From an uncultured Flavobacteriaceae bacterium (GTDB lineage: Bacteria > Bacteroidota > Bacteroidia > Flavobacteriales > Flavobacteriaceae): a stretch of 64,000 nt of DNA. Positions 58,220 through 64,000 of the stretch are shown one piece after another (positions within the stretch are counted from its first letter, which is position 1; every line of letters begins with the position of its first letter). The stretch covers positions 271,874 to 335,873 of the forward strand of contig CAWIGH010000005.1 in NCBI GenBank assembly GCA_963835675.1, read 5' to 3'. The translations under genes and the position numbers were made by a program. The notes under the pieces were generated by a model. It ran no database searches and was not told the DNA's origin. It worked only from the letters and a program-made list of their open reading frames with translations.

Positions 58220-60757
58220 TTAGAAGGGATAATTTATGCCTATATTATATACGGCATGTCCAAAATTATAATTCTGGAACCATTTGTTTGAAGATGACAA
58301 ATAAGGTTCATAGGTTTTAAACCCGATATCAAATCGAAATACTAGAAATCCGAAGTCATAACGTATACCAAATCCCGAACCAATAGCAATATCTTTTATT
58401 GAAGATAATCCTTTGAATTTTCCTTTGTCTGAAGTTACTGCTGAATTTGTAATATCCCAAATATTTCCTGCGTCAACAAAAAAGGCGCTGTAAATACTGT
58501 TGATAACCTTAAATCTGTATTCAAAATTTGTGGTAATTTTAAAATTACCTGTATTAAATTCCAGAGAACTATCTTCAGAACCCGGACCTAAGTCAAAAGT
58601 TCGCCAGGCCCTGATATCGTTGGAACCTCCTGCTCTATAACTTCTGCTGAAAGGTATTGCATCAGAATTACCAAAAGGTATTGCGATACCGATAAAACTC
58701 CGATGAACAAAAGAAGTATTAGAGTTGATGGCCCAATATTTTCTGTATTCAAATTCGGTTTTTAAGTATTGGGCTACAGGCAGGCCAAATAGTTTTCTTC
58801 TACTACCATCTGTTGGTTTTTTAATAAATGTTGATGTAATACTGCCAGAAGATATAATTCTACCGGTAAAGCTAGAAAAACTATTATCGCTAAAACCCTC
58901 TCTATTGGTATAATTAAAGGTATAAGACAAAACAGGTACAAGTACATCTTCAATTAAAATTTCCCTTCGCTCGTCAACTTCTTGTACGACTAAAAATTCT
59001 GTTTCATTAGTTGTTTCGTAATTTCCATCGAGTATTAATTTAATATATTCCTCTGAATAAAGGGGATTTAAATCACCATCCTCATTAAACCAGATAATGT
59101 CTTGAGTGTCCGAGGGTACGATTATTTTTGAAACTTCGTTCAATTTTTCATATTCAGATTTGAAAATCGTAAAATAATTGTCAATATTCTGATTTTTAAT
59201 GTATTGCACATTTAACAATTCAAATTTATGATCAGTTGTTGTTTTGCTTCTCCAGGTATAATTAATTCCTCCCGTTATATTTTGACGGTCTAAACCGATA
59301 TTACGCTGAAAATTTAAGGCCAAACCGATGTTTGTTTTTGGTGTCATCCTTTTTGGGATCAATCTTTTTGTGTTGGCAGGAAATAAAATGCGTGGTATTT
59401 TAAGAGTGGCACTAGAGCCAATTTCATAGGCATTAAAGAATTTTGAATTATCAGAAAAATCTTTATCCGTGTTTAAAAAAGAGCCTTGAAATGACAGCTC
59501 CAATACTTCTGCTCCTTTAAAAATATTTCTGTTTAGCATCGAAAACTTACCAAGAATACCAAATGGTTTAATATTCGAAGTTGTTACTTCGGTGTCAAAA
59601 CCTATAGTATAATTTTTAAGTGGTGTTAGGTAAATATTTGCGGTTAAGGATTCGTCTTCATTATCTATATATTTGATATCTACCGAAGGCCTGAAATTTT
59701 GAAGATCTCTTAAATATCTTCTGGTGAGGTCTCTTTCTGAATCTCTGTAAATACTATCAGGTTGAATAACTATTGCGTTGGCCAAATATTTTGGGTTATA
59801 TCTTAATTTATCAACGGCATAAAAAGTGTAGCCTTTATAGTACACCGAATCTCGTTGGGGTTGATTTTTTGTATTGAATGAAAAATCGGTAAAAACATTT
59901 ACATTTTTAACTTTTCTAATTTTAAACGGTGCGGTATAGATGCTATCATTGGTTTCTATAATTCTGTCGGGTATCTTTAATAAAATATTTTTTTGATGCG
60001 AGGTGGTCAATGAATCGATCCAAAACTCAATGATGTTCTTTCCAAAATAATAAATACCTGAATTTCTATATAAATTAACAAGGCGATTTTCTTCTTTCTC
60101 CAAATTGGTATATTCTATTTGCTTACCTTTTATAACAAAAGATTTTTTCTTGTTTTTTTTATAGATCGAATCTAATATTGGTGATTGAATGGAAGCGTTT
60201 ATGGTATCTATAAAATAAGGATCGTAGGTTTTAACTAAATAATCTACGACAACTTTTTTATTTTCTTTATTGTTTTCTTTATAAGTGACCTCTGCATCAA
60301 AATAACCCTTGCTTTGGTAATATTTGTTCAAAGATTTTACCGAGCGTTTAATTTCTGTACTATCAGATATAACAGGAGGATTACCATTTCTAAGAAACCA
60401 GCCATTTAATCCCTTATATGTTTTGCCGATAGCATTTACTTGTTTTTCGGAAAATATTTTGGTAAGTTTTTTTTCGGTTTTAGGATTTTCTTCTAACCAC
60501 TCTTCAAATCGAGTTTCGTATTCTGGATTACCCATATTATAGATATGTAATGAAAAGGGCAAACCAAGGACTTTTTGATTTGGTTGTTGTCTTAAATAAC
60601 TAGCAATTTCCTGATTAGAAGTGGTCTTTTCATTAACAATGATTCTATTCTTTTCTAATAAATAATTACCATCTGTAACTCGTTTAGTTGCATCACATGA
60701 AAATATAACAATAAGAAATAAAATAAATACTGTTATTTTAGCAAAATAGTAAGGCAA
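58220..60757 (-). CDS. Omp85/BamA-TamA-family outer-membrane protein (lipoprotein, TamL-like)
   Basis: Lipobox IFSC; POTRA-like region, AGGSNDIRAW, C-terminal GINYPF. Confidence 0.85.
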   Translation of the reverse strand: MPYYFAKITVFILFLIVIFSCDATKRVTDGNYLLEKNRIIVNEKTTSNQEIASYLRQQPNQKVLGLPFSLHIYNMGNPEYETRFEEWLEENPKTEKKLTKIFSEKQVNAIGKTYKGLNGWFLRNGNPPVISDSTEIKRSVKSLNKYYQSKGYFDAEVTYKENNKENKKVVVDYLVKTYDPYFIDTINASIQSPILDSIYKKNKKKSFVIKGKQIEYTNLEKEENRLVNLYRNSGIYYFGKNIIEFWIDSLTTSHQKNILLKIPDRIIETNDSIYTAPFKIRKVKNVNVFTDFSFNTKNQPQRDSVYYKGYTFYAVDKLRYNPKYLANAIVIQPDSIYRDSERDLTRRYLRDLQNFRPSVDIKYIDNEDESLTANIYLTPLKNYTIGFDTEVTTSNIKPFGILGKFSMLNRNIFKGAEVLELSFQGSFLNTDKDFSDNSKFFNAYEIGSSATLKIPRILFPANTKRLIPKRMTPKTNIGLALNFQRNIGLDRQNITGGINYTWRSKTTTDHKFELLNVQYIKNQNIDNYFTIFKSEYEKLNEVSKIIVPSDTQDIIWFNEDGDLNPLYSEEYIKLILDGNYETTNETEFLVVQEVDERREILIEDVLVPVLSYTFNYTNREGFSDNSFSSFTGRIISSGSITSTFIKKPTDGSRRKLFGLPVAQYLKTEFEYRKYWAINSNTSFVHRSFIGIAIPFGNSDAIPFSRSYRAGGSNDIRAWRTFDLGPGSEDSSLEFNTGNFKITTNFEYRFKVINSIYSAFFVDAGNIWDITNSAVTSDKGKFKGLSSIKDIAIGSGFGIRYDFGFLVFRFDIGFKTYEPYLSSSNKWFQNYNFGHAVYNIGINYPF

Positions 60758-60868
60758 TGCAGTTCTGGTTTTAAGTAAACGAAAATATTAAATACTACTT
60801 TAATTATGCTGCAATTAACAACAAATGTTGAAATTAACAGATGATTGATTCAAATTTAATACTAATTA

Positions 60869-61594
60869 ATGTTAAGCAAAAATCAAATTAAATTTATAAC
60901 GAGTTTACAGCAAAAAAAGTACCGTTTTCAAAATCGGTTATTTATTGCGGAAGGCGTAAAAGTAGTTAACGAGTTGATCAACTCGAGCTTTGAACTCGAA
61001 AAATTATATTGTACTGAAGATCATGGTTTATCATTAGGGAATTATGAACCGGAGATAATAACAGAAAAGGAACTCTTAAAGATCAGTGGTTTATCAACTC
61101 CGAATAAAGTGCTGGGTTTATTTAAAATTCCTTCTGTTCCTAAAATTAAAATGGAAGGATTGATATTGGCACTTGATGATATAAATGATCCTGGAAACCT
61201 GGGAACAATTATAAGATTGTGTGATTGGTTTGGTGTCCAATCTTTAGTTTGTTCGAAAAACACTGTTGATTGTTTTAACCCTAAAGTTGTTCAGGCTACC
61301 ATGGGTTCCTTAGCAAGGGTTCTCATTAGTTATGTCGATCTTGATGAATTTTTGAGAGAAACCTCACTGCCTATTTATGGTGCAACTATGGATGGCGAAA
61401 ACATTTCTTCTGTATCCTTAGAAAAAAATGCCATATTAATTATGGGAAATGAATCGCACGGCTTATCTAATGAAATAGAGGCATTGGTAACCAAGAAAAT
61501 TACCATACCAAAATTTACTAAGTCAAGAGATATTGATAGTTTAAACGTAGCGACTGCTACGGCTATTATTTTGAATGAATTTAGAAGAACTTAA
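60869..61594 (+). CDS. TrmH/SpoU-family RNA methyltransferase
   Basis: DPGNLGTIIR, MGNESHG, SLNVATA. Confidence 0.92.
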   Translation: MLSKNQIKFITSLQQKKYRFQNRLFIAEGVKVVNELINSSFELEKLYCTEDHGLSLGNYEPEIITEKELLKISGLSTPNKVLGLFKIPSVPKIKMEGLILALDDINDPGNLGTIIRLCDWFGVQSLVCSKNTVDCFNPKVVQATMGSLARVLISYVDLDEFLRETSLPIYGATMDGENISSVSLEKNAILIMGNESHGLSNEIEALVTKKITIPKFTKSRDIDSLNVATATAIILNEFRRT

Positions 61595-61596
61595 AA

Positions 61597-62322
61597 TTAT
61601 TCAAAAGTAAAATTGATAAATACACCTCTGGTTCCAAAATAATTTATGGGCAATGTCCATGGACTTGAAGGGAGATTATCAGGTACTATTTCATTATTTA
61701 TTGCAAAGATCCCTCGTATGGAAGGTGAAAATTTAAAGTAATATAAATAGAGATCGACCCCAACACCCACTTCGTACATAAAGTTGTTGGTTTTCATTCT
61801 AAATTGCCCTTCAAAATTATCATTAACATTATTTTGATTACTAGAGAAATTATAATCATAAGACACTCCTCCAATAAGGAAAGCCCGCATATTATCTAAC
61901 CTATTTGTGCTAAACTTTAATAATAATGGCATTCTTAAATAAGTGCCCGGAACTTCCCGTATACTTTCATTTTCTGGAATAAATCCGTTGGTCGTGTCGA
62001 AAGTCAATGTTTTGGTGTTACTTGATAATCCTGGTTCAAAACGCAGATTGATATTATCGTGCAATTTATAATCGATTATAAGCCCAATATTAAAACCAAT
62101 AGCCTCTTCAACCAATAAAAAATCGGGGGCATTTGTATTTAAAAAATCAGGGTCATTATAACTTACCTTAAAGCTTTTTTTATTTAAACCTAAATAATAG
62201 CCAAAGTGTAATTGTTTCTTATCGAAATTAGGAAGATATTCAATTCTGTCTTTTTTTTGAGCAACCATCGAGCTGCTAAACAAAATCATTAAACTAACTA
62301 TACACAAAAAAAATCGTTTCAT
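61597..62322 (-). CDS. porT: PorT/SprT-family T9SS outer-membrane protein
   Basis: FDKKQLHFGYYLGLN, LRFEPG, PLLLKFS; conserved position next to ubiE. Confidence 0.82.
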   Translation of the reverse strand: MKRFFLCIVSLMILFSSSMVAQKKDRIEYLPNFDKKQLHFGYYLGLNKKSFKVSYNDPDFLNTNAPDFLLVEEAIGFNIGLIIDYKLHDNINLRFEPGLSSNTKTLTFDTTNGFIPENESIREVPGTYLRMPLLLKFSTNRLDNMRAFLIGGVSYDYNFSSNQNNVNDNFEGQFRMKTNNFMYEVGVGVDLYLYYFKFSPSIRGIFAINNEIVPDNLPSSPWTLPINYFGTRGVFINFTFE

Positions 62323-62326
62323 CTGT

Positions 62327-63058
62327 TTATTTTGTTGCTGTATAAATGGAGGCGGCTCCAAAGGTTAAAGGTTTGTTAGTTGCATTATTAAACCCATTTT
62401 TCTCCAAAATATTGTTGAACATTTTTCCATAAGGAAAAGCAGCTGCAGATTCCGGCAGATATGTATATGCCTTTTTATCTTTAGAGAACAATTTTCCTAT
62501 AGTTGGAATGATATATTTCGAATAAAAATTGAATAATTTTTTAATAAGATAATTATCGGGCTGTGACGTTTCAAGTACGACAAAAATGCCATTTGGTTTT
62601 AGAACCCTATAAATTTCTTGTAATCCTTTATCGAGATCTTCAAAATTTCGGACTCCAAAACCTACGGTAATGGCATCAAAGCTATTATCCTCAAAAGGTA
62701 AATTTTCAGAATCGCCCAATACCATTTCGATTAAATTATCAAGATTTTTTTTCTTGATCTTTTCGATCCCGATGTCCAACATTCCTTTCGACAGGTCTAA
62801 TCCTACTATTTTTTTTGGATTCAATTTTGATAACATGATAGCAAAATCACCAGTTCCGGTGGCTATATCCAAAATCGTTTCCGGATTTTTTTCTTTGACA
62901 ATTTGTACAACTTTTTTTCGCCATTTTATATCAATTCCCAAGGTCATCACACGATTTAAAAAATCATAATTATGTGAAACGTTATCGAACATCTCAGAAA
63001 CTTGCTCTTTTTTACTGAGCGCAGAATTTTTATATGGCGTAACTTTTGTACTCATCAA
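62327..63058 (-). CDS. ubiE: Demethylmenaquinone methyltransferase (UbiE/MenG)
   Basis: [25 protein letters not shown]. Confidence 0.93.
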   Translation of the reverse strand: MMSTKVTPYKNSALSKKEQVSEMFDNVSHNYDFLNRVMTLGIDIKWRKKVVQIVKEKNPETILDIATGTGDFAIMLSKLNPKKIVGLDLSKGMLDIGIEKIKKKNLDNLIEMVLGDSENLPFEDNSFDAITVGFGVRNFEDLDKGLQEIYRVLKPNGIFVVLETSQPDNYLIKKLFNFYSKYIIPTIGKLFSKDKKAYTYLPESAAAFPYGKMFNNILEKNGFNNATNKPLTFGAASIYTATK

Positions 63059-63213
63059 AAATATTTGGGCAAAGATACATATTCAGGTTAATTATCAATC
63101 TATGAGAGGGTTTTTAATAAATTAAATTAATATAATTAGCTAAACACTTGACAACGCCTATATTGATATTGTATATTTGCACTCATTTTTTCTAAACCAG
63201 AACATAAAATCCT

Positions 63214-64000
63214 ATGAAATTATCACATTTTAGATACGAATTACCGGAAGAATTATTAGCTGAATATCCTTCTGAGCAAAGAGATGAAGCGCGTTTAATG
63301 GTGCTTGACAGACAAACACAAACCATTGAACATAAATTATTTAAAGATCTAGTTGACTATTTCGATGAGGGAGATGTTATGATTTTTAATAATACAAAAG
63401 TATTTCCGGCACGACTCTATGGGAACAAGGAAAAAACTGGTGCAAGAATAGAAGTTTTTTTATTACGTGAATTGAATGCCGAAAGTAGGTTATGGGATGT
63501 TTTGGTTGATCCGGCCCGTAAAATAAGAATTGGTAATAAATTATTTTTTGGCGAAAATGAAGACCTCGTTGCAGAGGTTATAGATAATACTACTTCAAGA
63601 GGAAGAACCTTAAGGTTTTTATTCGATGGAAGCTATGAGGCATTTAGAAAAAAGTTAAAAGAACTCGGACAAACACCTTTACCGAAATATATTAAAAGGG
63701 ATGTCGAACCTTTAGATTTTGAAAGATATCAAACTATTTATGCGAAGCATGAAGGTGCTGTTGCAGCTCCAACAGCCGGCTTGCATTTTTCTAAACATTT
63801 ATTAAAAAAATTAGAAATAAAAGGAATTGATCTTGCAGAAATAACATTACATGTTGGTTTAGGAACATTTCAACCCGTAGAAGTTGAAGACCTGTCTAAA
63901 CATAAAATGGATTCGGAGGAAATCAATATTCCCGAAAAGGCAGTTAATTCGGTAAACAATGCACTGGAAAATAAGAAAAGAGTTTGCGCTATTGGAACTA
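63214..64000 (+). CDS. queA: S-adenosylmethionine:tRNA ribosyltransferase-isomerase, runs off the window
   Basis: Manual translation [19 protein letters not shown]...[11 protein letters not shown]...[21 protein letters not shown]...LHVGLGTF; TATATTTG at 63172-63179. Confidence 0.95.
   Translation, partial: MKLSHFRYELPEELLAEYPSEQRDEARLMVLDRQTQTIEHKLFKDLVDYFDEGDVMIFNNTKVFPARLYGNKEKTGARIEVFLLRELNAESRLWDVLVDPARKIRIGNKLFFGENEDLVAEVIDNTTSRGRTLRFLFDGSYEAFRKKLKELGQTPLPKYIKRDVEPLDFERYQTIYAKHEGAVAAPTAGLHFSKHLLKKLEIKGIDLAEITLHVGLGTFQPVEVEDLSKHKMDSEEINIPEKAVNSVNNALENKKRVCAIGT

Noticed and set aside
159-62969. Numerous short antisense ORFs overlapping well-supported genes
   Set aside because: Shadow ORFs with no recognisable motifs or independent start signals.
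1-64000. rRNA, tRNA or riboswitch genes
   Set aside because: No intergenic segment showed recognisable tRNA/rRNA signatures by eye; a tRNAscan/Rfam run would be needed to exclude small ncRNAs.

Overview
AT-rich Bacteroidota chromosome segment (Flavobacteriaceae-like: short primary sigma factor, porT, TAnnTTTG promoters). 25.5-64 kb is mostly housekeeping: phosphate porin, a TetR-SulP-carbonic anhydrase-DUF2490-NhaB module, dgt, dxs, aspS, recJ, rpe, rpoD, pnp, rpsO, accD, fbaA, ubiE/menG and queA. 0-4.7 kb is pstSCAB-phoU-PiT. The main observation lies between the porin gene and pstS: a ~20-kb array (about 4.9-25.3 kb) of 16 unrelated, almost all minus-strand and mostly promoterless gene units. 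They are separated by 107-281 bp imperfect inverted-repeat sites bounded by AAC...GTT cores. The core at the start of each unit is complementary to the core at the end of the same unit, not to the core of the adjacent half-site, which is the signature expected of excised, circularised integron-type cassettes. The stems fold preferentially on one strand (G-T wobble bias). An attI-like half-site heads the array, but there is no integrase in the window. The sites are invaded by GC-rich 19-24 nt leader+hairpin REP-like units, some nested inside each other. A truncated IS3 element and two deletion-damaged sites show decay. Several genes (phoU, pstS, porin, one cassette gene, dxs) carry single-base indels that may be assembly errors. 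No rRNA, tRNA or CRISPR array was seen.
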